A DNA stretch of 64,000 bases. Origin: an uncultured virus (IMG/VR IMGVR_UViG_3300008954_002234) (Duplodnaviria > Heunggongvirae > Uroviricota > Caudoviricetes). Position 1 is the first letter of the stretch. Each line of letters opens with the position of its first letter. Under the pieces are notes generated by a model. The model did not search any database. It had not been told where the DNA came from and saw nothing but the letters and a program-made list of their open reading frames with translations. Where the stretch lies: IMG/VR virus record IMGVR_UViG_3300008954_002234; one strand, given 5' to 3'. Both the position numbers and the translations under genes were made by a program. Shown piece by piece: positions 17,077 to 25,295 of the stretch.

Positions 17077-17428
17077 GACACTAGCGGCTTCAATAGCTGC
17101 TTGTGGTATCTTAATAGCATGGTTTAATACAGACATTCTGGCCTCGTATATAAAGCTTTTTCGTTTAGAAAGATTCACTTATTTAAAAGATTACGAACAG
17201 TATTTATTTGAATGCCCTGATAGTAAAACGAGCTTTTTACAATTCTCTTACGTTAAAGAACCAACATTTATAAACAAACTACTTAGTTGTCCTTATTGTT
17301 TATGTTTCTGGGTTTCTTTCATATGCTCTTTTATAGCCACCGGAAACCTTTTATTGATATTTGTATGCTACCCTATATCGCTAGTCCTATACCTCTCTTT
17401 TATTAAAATTTTTTTAAAAGATGAATGA
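17048..17428 (+). CDS. DUF1360-like membrane protein
   Basis: Hydrophobic helices and the LLSCPYCLCFWVS motif. Confidence 0.65.
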   Translation: MEALAAQALKTLAASIAACGILIAWFNTDILASYIKLFRLERFTYLKDYEQYLFECPDSKTSFLQFSYVKEPTFINKLLSCPYCLCFWVSFICSFIATGNLLLIFVCYPISLVLYLSFIKIFLKDE

Positions 17429-17771
17429 ATTAAAACAATTAAAAGTATGTAGTGAATTTTGTTCTTTACTTTTAAGTAAGCCTTTGGTATTATTAGACAT
17501 ATCAGAGCTGAAGAAAGTAATCACTCTCTGCCAAGGCGCTGCAACAGCATGCTGTTCGCAAAAACAAGATGCAAAAGCAATTGCCCAGAAAGAAGTTTAC
17601 AATTTAATAAAGTCTTTAAACAAGAAAAAAGTAAGCAGACTAAGAGAAGAACTAATAAACAAAGAAGAAAACTCAGGGTTAAACATTATTTTTGATATTA
17701 TAAATAAAAATCTTATTATATCACCAAAGACACAAACATCGACAGGGTACTGGAGATTCATCGGAAGATGA
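17421..17771 (+). CDS. Hypothetical protein
   Basis: 116-aa ORF overlapping both neighbours. Confidence 0.65.
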   Translation: MNELKQLKVCSEFCSLLLSKPLVLLDISELKKVITLCQGAATACCSQKQDAKAIAQKEVYNLIKSLNKKKVSRLREELINKEENSGLNIIFDIINKNLIISPKTQTSTGYWRFIGR

Positions 17772-17917
17772 TCGGTAAGACAGTAAGAGTTCTTGACGGA
17801 GATTATTCTTGGATAGGAAAAGTTATGGAAGTCCTTGATGAACAAAATTTCTCGGTTAAGCGAAGTAAAGAAGCTGACCCCAAAAAAATAAACATGTTCG
17901 ATATTAGATCCCTCTAA
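17768..17917 (+). CDS. Small hypothetical protein, 49 aa (not in ORF track)
   Basis: MIGKTVRVLDGDYSWIGKVMEVLDEQNFSVKRSKEADPKKINMFDIRSL; ATGA overlap at the start and TAATG overlap at the end fill the gap exactly. Confidence 0.8.
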   Translation: MIGKTVRVLDGDYSWIGKVMEVLDEQNFSVKRSKEADPKKINMFDIRSL

Positions 17918-18516
17918 TGTTTTCGCACAGCCCAAGCCAGCAAATAAACCCTTCAGAAACTTTTATGTTTGATAGATTATACTTCGAAGCAGACCTGCCA
18001 AAAGAAGAGCTTCCAGAAGAAATCAAATCTCAAGATATGTCTGAACTTGAGTTTCAAACTCACGACCTCAACAAAGAGATGAGCACTTGGTCTGTTTCTG
18101 CAGCGGGAGAACTTTTTCTCCATGAGGTAGAACGGAATATAACTAAGAACAATGCCGCTCCTCAGGGATTTGTAATAGAGGAGACTCCCTTAGGAATTAA
18201 GAAGATAGAAGAAACCAAGTCTATACATTTCTACAGAGTCTTCGATAGCAAAGAGAGAGATTATTGGGTTTCTTTTGACGCCTTATTCCATAAAGGCACG
18301 CTATTGCTAGTAGAAGTAAACGAAGTAAACGAAATAGACAAGGAAGAAAGAGCTGACGCCAAAGCCAAAGCCAATGAGCTCATGAAAGACTTCCAAGAAC
18401 GACAAGCTCGAAAAACCCCTCTCTTACTAAGACCAATTAAATTTATATTTGGCTTATGCTTGGTGGCTCTTCACTGGACAGGAAGCAACCTCTCTCAACT
18501 TCACTCGAAATTATGA
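17917..18516 (+). CDS. Hypothetical phage protein
   Basis: 199-aa ORF with MFD...FQT.DL...GEL...FY...F.ALF..G pattern typical of phage hypotheticals. Confidence 0.7.
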   Translation: MFSHSPSQQINPSETFMFDRLYFEADLPKEELPEEIKSQDMSELEFQTHDLNKEMSTWSVSAAGELFLHEVERNITKNNAAPQGFVIEETPLGIKKIEETKSIHFYRVFDSKERDYWVSFDALFHKGTLLLVEVNEVNEIDKEERADAKAKANELMKDFQERQARKTPLLLRPIKFIFGLCLVALHWTGSNLSQLHSKL

Positions 18517-19112
18517 TTGGAATAAGCGGTATAGCTGCGTCAGGAAAAGATCTATTTTGCAGGCTCTTGCTAAAAGAAATTAAAGGCCGAAGGATAGCCT
18601 TAGCAGACCAACTTAAGGAAGAAATAAAGCCTTATATTATCTCTAAATACGGCATTGATGTTACAAACTGCTCAACAGAATCAAAGAATAAAGTAAGAGA
18701 CTTTTTGGTTTTCTACGGAGGACTTAAGAGATTCCAGACAAATGGCCAATACTGGACAGATATAGCACAAAAGAAAGCTGACAGCTGCAAAAACACGCCT
18801 ATAGTCACAGACATAAGATATGATGATTATAAAAACGACGAGATAAGCTGGGTGAAAGGCAAAAACAAAGGCATCCTTATACACATTAGAAAATACTGGG
18901 AAACAGAAGGCTTATTTGAAATGCAAAAGCATTACTTCGAACCGCCCAACGAAGACGAAAAAAGAAACGACCCAAAACTAAGGGCTAAGGCAGATTACCA
19001 TATTGAATGGCCGCACATAGAAAGCCAGACCACAAAACAAATAGAAGACAGCTTAAGGCCATTTGCAAAAGAATTTGCCAAATGGTATAAAGAAAGGAAA
19101 AATAAAGTTTAA
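18513..19112 (+). CDS. Deoxynucleoside monophosphate kinase (T4 gp1-like)
   Basis: IGISGIAASGKD P-loop, ALADQLK, VTDIRY...E. Start moved to ATG 18513. Confidence 0.85.
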   Translation: MIGISGIAASGKDLFCRLLLKEIKGRRIALADQLKEEIKPYIISKYGIDVTNCSTESKNKVRDFLVFYGGLKRFQTNGQYWTDIAQKKADSCKNTPIVTDIRYDDYKNDEISWVKGKNKGILIHIRKYWETEGLFEMQKHYFEPPNEDEKRNDPKLRAKADYHIEWPHIESQTTKQIEDSLRPFAKEFAKWYKERKNKV

Positions 19113-19118
19113 ATAATT

Positions 19119-19343
19119 ATGTTTTACGACGCACTTATAATAAAGTATAAAGCGGAGATTGCAGAGTCGTTAGCGACCCTTGAAATCTATATGAACAAAA
19201 GCGTTGGCATCGGAGAGCACTCCGACCTAATCGCCGAGATGGATAAATATGTCTCTAAACTAGCGACAGCAGAGGACAACTTAACGACACTAGAGAGACA
19301 TCGTGACACACTTGCCCCAAAGAAAGAGCCAAAAACCTCATAA
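19119..19343 (+). CDS. Small helical phage hypothetical protein
   Basis: Contains VGIGEH motif, which I recall from aquatic phage hypothetical proteins. Confidence 0.75.
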   Translation: MFYDALIIKYKAEIAESLATLEIYMNKSVGIGEHSDLIAEMDKYVSKLATAEDNLTTLERHRDTLAPKKEPKTS

Positions 19344-19360
19344 AATAAGGGTTTTTGAAG

Positions 19361-19377
19361 TTGGCACGGAAATTGCA
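19361..19377 (+). promoter_or_regulatory. Sigma54 (-24/-12) promoter upstream of Hsp20
   Basis: TTGGCAC-GGAAA-TTGCA, an exact TGGCAC-N5-TTGC consensus ending 14 nt before the ATG. Confidence 0.85.
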
Positions 19378-19391
19378 TTATAAAAAACAAT

Positions 19392-19796
19392 ATGAGTACA
19401 TTAACATTAGCAAATATGGGTTTAAGAAACGTATCTAATCTTTTTGATTACGTAAACGATAGTCTCGAGAAAGACTATGACGATTGGGCAAGCTCTTGGA
19501 AGAGCTGGGCTTCAGACAACAACACTCACTTCAATGAGACAGACGACGGCTATGAATTTTATGTAGCACTAGCAGGACTCACTAAAGATGAAGTAGACGT
19601 TTCCGTCCTTGACAACAGGGTTAAGATTGTAGCCAAAGGCAGCTCTGCCGGTAGAGAAGTTGAATATGATAAAGCCTTCTCTGTGCCGACTAAAGCAGAT
19701 GCAGAAACTTTGGAAGCTAAAATGGAAAACGGTATGCTGAGTATCACTATCAGTAAACGGGAAAAGGAAAAGAACCGAACCATTACGGTGAAATAG
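19392..19796 (+). CDS. Small heat-shock protein (Hsp20/alpha-crystallin)
   Basis: ETDDGYE..VALAG...V.V.V.D...F.VP...AKMENGMLSITISK. Confidence 0.93.
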   Translation: MSTLTLANMGLRNVSNLFDYVNDSLEKDYDDWASSWKSWASDNNTHFNETDDGYEFYVALAGLTKDEVDVSVLDNRVKIVAKGSSAGREVEYDKAFSVPTKADAETLEAKMENGMLSITISKREKEKNRTITVK

Positions 19797-19821
19797 ACAA
19801 ATAGCTACCATTAGCTTCTAC

Positions 19822-19852
19822 GAGCCGCCTTCGGGCGGCTCTATTTTTTTTT
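19822..19852 (+). terminator. Rho-independent terminator
   Basis: GAGCCGCC-TTCG-GGCGGCTC followed by TA and a T9 run. Confidence 0.93.
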
Positions 19853-19853
19853 A

Positions 19854-19882
19854 TTGACAAACAACCAAGTGTGAGCTATACT
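19854..19882 (+). promoter_or_regulatory. Sigma70 promoter
   Basis: TTGACA-17 nt-TATACT, 9 nt before ATG 19892. Confidence 0.85.
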
Positions 19883-19891
19883 TATTAAAGA

Positions 19892-20440
19892 ATGATTCAG
19901 TTTTATAAAGCAAATCCAAAGGTAACAGGTACAGCATGCTCTTTCTCTGTTAATCCAAAAGATAAGTCCGTTTATGCAAGCTTAATTAAGCAAAAGAGCT
20001 GGGACGCTAACTCTAAGACAGGTAGATTTGACACAGAAAATAAGTGTATCACTAAATTAAACGTGATGGAGCTAGGCTCTATTATTAACGCGATAGATAC
20101 TAAAACTGATTGGTCAGCCTATCACGGGACTCAAACGAGAGCTACGAAAATGAATTTTTCTCCTTATTCCCAAGGAGATAATCACGGGTTTAACTTTAGG
20201 GTCACCGCAGACTCAAAGGAAGACTCAGAAAACAAAGCTACATTCTCAATGGGCTTTAGGTATGGAGAGGCAGAAGCTCTTAGGCAATATTTTGTTTTTT
20301 CAATGCACTCAATATTCCAAAATTCATTAGAGGAAGCTCAAGCTGCCGTAGGTAACAGCAAAAAAGGTAACTATTCGAAGAACCCCCCTCCGGCCCCTCA
20401 AACCAAAAAAGAAGAGGTAGACGACGACGTAGTTTGGTAA
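19892..20440 (+). CDS. Putative ssDNA-binding protein (Whirly/PC4-like inferred)
   Basis: Beta-rich core, Pro-rich linker and acidic aromatic-terminated tail EEVDDDVVW, typical of phage SSBs. Confidence 0.5.
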   Translation: MIQFYKANPKVTGTACSFSVNPKDKSVYASLIKQKSWDANSKTGRFDTENKCITKLNVMELGSIINAIDTKTDWSAYHGTQTRATKMNFSPYSQGDNHGFNFRVTADSKEDSENKATFSMGFRYGEAEALRQYFVFSMHSIFQNSLEEAQAAVGNSKKGNYSKNPPPAPQTKKEEVDDDVVW

Positions 20441-21075
20441 TGCTAGACAATTACAAACAAAGCGTGCCCTTCTTTAAATTTGGCACTCCAAACAGAGCTC
20501 CTTACTACTATATTTACTCTTTAGCTCATGTCAATATAAAAGGACTATGGATGGAGTTTGGAGTACATGACGGGACTACCCTTAATCTTATTGCAGAATT
20601 AATGGAAATAAGCCGCAGAGGACAAGTAATCTTTTACGGCTTCGACTCATTTGAAGGTCTTCCAGAAGACTGGAAAAAGGAAGGAGACAGGAAAAACTTT
20701 GACCTAAAAGGAGAGCTGCCCAAAGTAGCCTTCAATAACATAAGACTTGTTAAAGGATGGTTTGATAAGACTATTCCCGCCTTCAAGAAACTTGATTTGG
20801 CCAAAGAACAGAAAGCCGCCATGATACACATAGATAGCGACATCTACTCTTCCGCAGCGACAGTACTAGAAGAGCTTAAAGATAAAATAGTAAAAGGTAC
20901 GGTGATATTATTCGACCAATACCACGACGGAAGCGGAAAGTATCCAGAATACAAAGACCACGAATACAAGGCTTGGGCAGAATTTTCTGAGAAGTACCAA
21001 GTGTCTTATGATTGGGTAGCGCACACAAAAGACGACTGTCAAGCCTCACTTATAATAAAAGATATTAAAATTTGA
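20440..21075 (+). CDS. TylF/MycF-like O-methyltransferase
   Basis: EFGV..G, GFDSFEGLPEDW, VKGWF..T, HIDSDIYSS, GTVILFD. Confidence 0.9.
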   Translation: MLDNYKQSVPFFKFGTPNRAPYYYIYSLAHVNIKGLWMEFGVHDGTTLNLIAELMEISRRGQVIFYGFDSFEGLPEDWKKEGDRKNFDLKGELPKVAFNNIRLVKGWFDKTIPAFKKLDLAKEQKAAMIHIDSDIYSSAATVLEELKDKIVKGTVILFDQYHDGSGKYPEYKDHEYKAWAEFSEKYQVSYDWVAHTKDDCQASLIIKDIKI

Positions 21076-22988
21076 GAAAGAAGAAGATACTATTTCAAAG
21101 CGACTCAGCATTAGCTAAAACTGGTTTTGGAAGAAACTCTAAGGAAATACTTTCCTACCTATACGAAACCAAAAAATACGATATATATCACTACTGTTGC
21201 GGTACGACTAAAGGAGAGTCAGCCCTTAATAGGTTGCCTTGGAAATGCATTGGCACAATGCCCAAAGACAAAAACCTCCTTATTCAACTAAACCAAGACC
21301 CCCAGAAAGGAAGAGATGTTAATTATGGCGGCTACTTCGTTAATGACACAATAAAAGAAATCAAGCCAGATATATTTATTGGGGTTCAAGATATATGGGG
21401 AGTTGAATCTATGGTAAAAAAACCGTGGTTTAAAAACATAACTTCTGCAATATGGACAACCCTAGACTCACTTCCCTTATACCCAAACTCAGTAAAGATA
21501 GCGCCAGACGTAGAGAATTACTGGGTGTGGAGCAACTTCGCAGAGAAAGAATTTGCTAGGCTTGGCCACGATCACATAAAGACTGTACACGGAGTAATAA
21601 ACCATAAAGATTTTTACAAATTAACGGACAAAAAAAGAAAAGAATTAAGAAAAAAATTCAATATAGAAGAAGACGCTTTTATTATTGGCTTTGTATTCAG
21701 AAATCAATTAAGAAAGTCTGTACCTAATCTTATAGAAGGTTATGCTAAATGGAAAGAAAAGTGCAATCCTATTAAGAAAACTTATTTATTATTTCATACT
21801 CATTGGAAAGAAGGCTGGAATATTCATAAACTATGCGAAGAATACAATGTACCCAAAGACGAAGTAATAACTACTCATATATGCACTAAATGTCAAGATT
21901 ACTTTATTAAACCCTACAAAGGGCAAGAGGTAAACTGCGATCTATGCAACAAAAAGAAATCCCAAGTAACGTGTAGCGTAACAATGGGCATAGAAGAACG
22001 CCAGCTTAACGAAGTATATAATTTAATGGATGTCTATTGTCACCCCTTCACTAGCGGAGGGCAAGAGATACCCGTTCAAGAAGCTAAATTCACAGAGCTT
22101 ATAACCCTTGTTACAGACTATAGCTGCGGCGAGGAAAGCTGTGAAGACGGCTCAGGGTCTATCCCATTAAAATGGTCAGAGTACAGAGAGCACGGAACAC
22201 AGTTCAGAAAGGCCTCCACATGCCCTAACTCAATAGCTAAAAATCTAGATAAAGTCTTTAGAATGCTTCCAGAAGAAAGAAAAGCCATCGGAAAACAAGC
22301 AAGAAAATGGGCCATAAGCAAATTTTCCACCGAGGTAACTGGCAAGTTCTTGGAAGATTTCATAGATAACGCTCCATTTGCAGACTTTGACTTTGACTCT
22401 CTTGCTTGGAAGCCAAGGAACCCACAGGCCATTATCCCCGAGATAACTAATGACTCAGAATGGTTAACGTATATGTACAAACATATACTTAATATGGAAG
22501 CAGACGAAAATGATGAAGGCCATAAATATTGGATGAATCAAATATCTAATAAAATACCAAGAAAAAATATAGAAGACTTCTTTAAAAAGACTGCAACCAA
22601 AGAGAATCAAAATAACATACCATTCAAAATAGAAGACTTCTTAGATAAAGATGACGAAGGTAGAAGACTACTGGTCGTTATGCCGGGCAGTATAGGGGAT
22701 GTTTTTCTATCTACCGCAATACTACAAGATTTAAAAAATACATATAAAGAATATAACATATACTTCGCTACGAGCCAAAACTACTTTGAGGTCCTAGAAG
22801 GGAACCCATATATACATAAGATTATCCCTTATGACAAAAAGATGGACGACTTACTGTGGCTCGAAGGGAGAAGCAGTCACAAAGGCTTTTTTGAAGTCGC
22901 CTACCTGCCCCATATAGGCACACAAAGAATGTTTAATTACCAACATAACGGCAAAGATAAAATCAGCCTTAACTTATCATGCATTTAA
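21072..22988 (+). CDS. GT4-like glycosyltransferase with Zn-finger insert, fused to a GT9 N-terminal domain
   Basis: KTGFGR, RNQLRK, YNLMDVY..P...GGQEIPVQEA; CTKC/CDLC insert; C-terminal SIGDVFLST..L...NPYI. Confidence 0.85.
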   Translation: MRKKKILFQSDSALAKTGFGRNSKEILSYLYETKKYDIYHYCCGTTKGESALNRLPWKCIGTMPKDKNLLIQLNQDPQKGRDVNYGGYFVNDTIKEIKPDIFIGVQDIWGVESMVKKPWFKNITSAIWTTLDSLPLYPNSVKIAPDVENYWVWSNFAEKEFARLGHDHIKTVHGVINHKDFYKLTDKKRKELRKKFNIEEDAFIIGFVFRNQLRKSVPNLIEGYAKWKEKCNPIKKTYLLFHTHWKEGWNIHKLCEEYNVPKDEVITTHICTKCQDYFIKPYKGQEVNCDLCNKKKSQVTCSVTMGIEERQLNEVYNLMDVYCHPFTSGGQEIPVQEAKFTELITLVTDYSCGEESCEDGSGSIPLKWSEYREHGTQFRKASTCPNSIAKNLDKVFRMLPEERKAIGKQARKWAISKFSTEVTGKFLEDFIDNAPFADFDFDSLAWKPRNPQAIIPEITNDSEWLTYMYKHILNMEADENDEGHKYWMNQISNKIPRKNIEDFFKKTATKENQNNIPFKIEDFLDKDDEGRRLLVVMPGSIGDVFLSTAILQDLKNTYKEYNIYFATSQNYFEVLEGNPYIHKIIPYDKKMDDLLWLEGRSSHKGFFEVAYLPHIGTQRMFNYQHNGKDKISLNLSCI

Positions 22989-24163
22989 TAGAACAATATG
23001 CTCTATCATGTGGAGCGAAAATAAATAAGCCTTATATAAGGGAAAAATACTTCCCTATTCCAGCTAATAACTATATAACATTTTCCCCACAATCTAAGCC
23101 TTCTAAAAACTACGATTACTGGAAAGAAGTTTTATCAATGATAGTTCCGCCACTATCTAAAACAGGAATAGCTTTAGTTCAATTAGGAGTAGAGAAGGAC
23201 CCTAAGTTTGACGGCTGTATAGACTTAAGAGGCAAAACATCAATACCACAAGCGGCATACCTTATTAAAAGAGCCATAATGCAACTTGGCACGGATTCTT
23301 TTGCTACACACGTAGCATCTGCGTTTGGCACAAAAGTAGTATCCCTTTACTCTAACAGCCCAATACAGAACTGCAAGCCCTATTGGAGCAGACAAGAAGA
23401 CTGCATACTGTTAGAGTCAGACAGACAGGGACTTAAGCATTCTTTCGCAATAGAAGAAAACCCTAAGACAATAAATACAATAGCGCCAGAAGAGATAGCC
23501 TTGTCGGTATTTAAGCTACTAGGCCTACAAACAAGAGTTAGGCATAAGACAGTACAAATAGGAAGTAAATGGAATAACGAATTCCTAGAAGTCGTACCTT
23601 CCCATGTAGCGACATTTAGCAAGCCAGCCCCAAAAGACAGACACGTCATCAGGATGGATTATCACTTTAATGAAGAAGTGATGACTCTTCAGCTCAAGTC
23701 TAATCCGGGGCTGGTAGTGACCAATAAGCCTATTTCAATTGATTGCCTAGTCAAAAGCAAGGAGTTAATAGAGCAGGTAATATACTTGGTGGAAGACGAT
23801 AAATTTGAAGCTGACTTTATAAGAGAGTTAGATAGAAACGGTATTCAGAACTCAGTTTTTGCAGATTTAAAAAAAGAAGATTTAGATAAACTCAAATATG
23901 AACTGCTAGACCTGAACAAAGGCATAGCCTTAATAGAAAACAAAACAATAGAATCGGTGAGGAATTATGATAAAATCGATATTGATAAATTGATGTTTAG
24001 AAGCAGAAAGTTCATCATCGAAAAAGATAAGATTTATCCCGGAAAGGCCGCGTACTTAAATAAAAGATCAATAGACAACTTTAATTCAGATCCTATCCCA
24101 ATTTTTAATCAAAAAGAGTTTTGGAATGAAACAGACTTCTTCTGGCTCACAGAAAAGGTTTGA
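22979..24163 (+). CDS. GT9 (heptosyltransferase-like) C-terminal domain protein
   Basis: HLIEQY, SKNYDYW, VQLG, DLRGKTSI.Q.A.LI...LGTDS...HVASA...VSLY. Confidence 0.8.
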   Translation: MHLIEQYALSCGAKINKPYIREKYFPIPANNYITFSPQSKPSKNYDYWKEVLSMIVPPLSKTGIALVQLGVEKDPKFDGCIDLRGKTSIPQAAYLIKRAIMQLGTDSFATHVASAFGTKVVSLYSNSPIQNCKPYWSRQEDCILLESDRQGLKHSFAIEENPKTINTIAPEEIALSVFKLLGLQTRVRHKTVQIGSKWNNEFLEVVPSHVATFSKPAPKDRHVIRMDYHFNEEVMTLQLKSNPGLVVTNKPISIDCLVKSKELIEQVIYLVEDDKFEADFIRELDRNGIQNSVFADLKKEDLDKLKYELLDLNKGIALIENKTIESVRNYDKIDIDKLMFRSRKFIIEKDKIYPGKAAYLNKRSIDNFNSDPIPIFNQKEFWNETDFFWLTEKV

Positions 24164-24188
24164 CAAAAACCCAAGTTCAAGCTATACT
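24160..24188 (+). promoter_or_regulatory. Sigma70 promoter
   Basis: TTGACA-17 nt-TATACT, 8 nt before ATG 24197. Confidence 0.85.
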
Positions 24189-24196
24189 CTAGATAT

Positions 24197-24940
24197 ATGA
24201 CGGATAAAAACAAAGAAGTCGAACTTAATGCCGAAAAACTCTCTAGAAACACAAGAGGACTCCTAGAAAATCCTCCCGTGCCATATGTTTTTAATAAGGA
24301 CGGTTCAGTTAATTGGAGGAAAATGGTAAAAAAAGAATTTCTTGTAGCAAACAAACAAAGAACCAATGAAACTGACGTCTCAAATCTAGAAGACAGAGAC
24401 TTGCTTATCCTGCTAGGAGGTATTAAAGAGCTGGCCCAAATCAGAGGCTTTACTCAAGTCAACTACGACGTACACGCAGCCACGCAAGAGTATTTCGCTA
24501 CCACCTGCACAATAGAATGGCTACCCAACTATGAAACAAGCAATAAGAGCGTTTACTTCTCTGCCCTAGCGGATGCTCACCAAGATAATACTTATAGCTT
24601 TGCCTCTAACTTCCTCGCGGCTACCGCTGAAAACAGAGCCTTCGTAAGATGCGTCAGAAACTTTCTTAAGATCAATATCGTAGGCCAAGAAGAAATGGGA
24701 GGAGGAAGCTCAAAGCAAAATACGTTCACACAAAGCAGTGCTAAAGCTTCCCCTAGCAAGACAGACTCAAGTCCTTCTACCCTATTAGAGAAAGTTATGG
24801 AAACCAAAGGTGTGACTTTTGATGTAGTTAGAGACAGATTAATCAATGAAGGTTACTCTAAAGCAGAGAAATTTACTTCTACAAAAGATATACCAAAGAC
24901 AAAAACTTTTGAACTTATAGCAAGGCTAAAGAAAATTTAA
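24197..24940 (+). CDS. Rad52/Sak-like single-strand annealing protein (putative)
   Basis: GGIKELA..RG...ADA...N...AENRAFVRCVRNFLKINIVGQEEM resembles the SSAP AETRA..RA.R....I....EE motif. Confidence 0.6.
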   Translation: MTDKNKEVELNAEKLSRNTRGLLENPPVPYVFNKDGSVNWRKMVKKEFLVANKQRTNETDVSNLEDRDLLILLGGIKELAQIRGFTQVNYDVHAATQEYFATTCTIEWLPNYETSNKSVYFSALADAHQDNTYSFASNFLAATAENRAFVRCVRNFLKINIVGQEEMGGGSSKQNTFTQSSAKASPSKTDSSPSTLLEKVMETKGVTFDVVRDRLINEGYSKAEKFTSTKDIPKTKTFELIARLKKI

Positions 24941-24941
24941 A

Positions 24942-25295
24942 TCACCACTTGTCCACCGGACAGCTCTCCTCACTAAAGTAAGTTTTAAGAGGAACTACGC
25001 ACCCGCATTTTGCGCACCTTTGTATTTTCTCTATGTACCACGAGCAAGACTTACATATACTAGTCCTTCTTTCCCTTTCTTCTATTGTTGCCACCACCTT
25101 ATCTCCAGATACTAAAGCCTTCGTTGTGTTAAGTAAGCTCCTCGATGCGTTTTTAGCCATCTGCAGCTTAGTTGGTAGTTTTACTTCTTCTTTTTTTAAA
25201 TCTTTTTTTATTATCTCTCTTGTTCTGTTTTTGTTAGCTGAGACATTAGGGCTCACTGGTTCTATATAAGATTCTGATATATATTTTCTACTCAT
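24942..25295 (-). CDS. Cys-rich DUF6171-like protein at end of tail module
   Basis: R..ICKSC...RCAKCGC...K......CPVDKW. Confidence 0.75.
   Translation of the reverse strand: MSRKYISESYIEPVSPNVSANKNRTREIIKKDLKKEEVKLPTKLQMAKNASRSLLNTTKALVSGDKVVATIEERERRTSICKSCSWYIEKIQRCAKCGCVVPLKTYFSEESCPVDKW

Noticed and set aside
22960..22990. Programmed -1 frameshift joining the two GT9 halves
   Set aside because: The frames are -1 related, but there is no slippery heptamer and the second gene has its own ATG.
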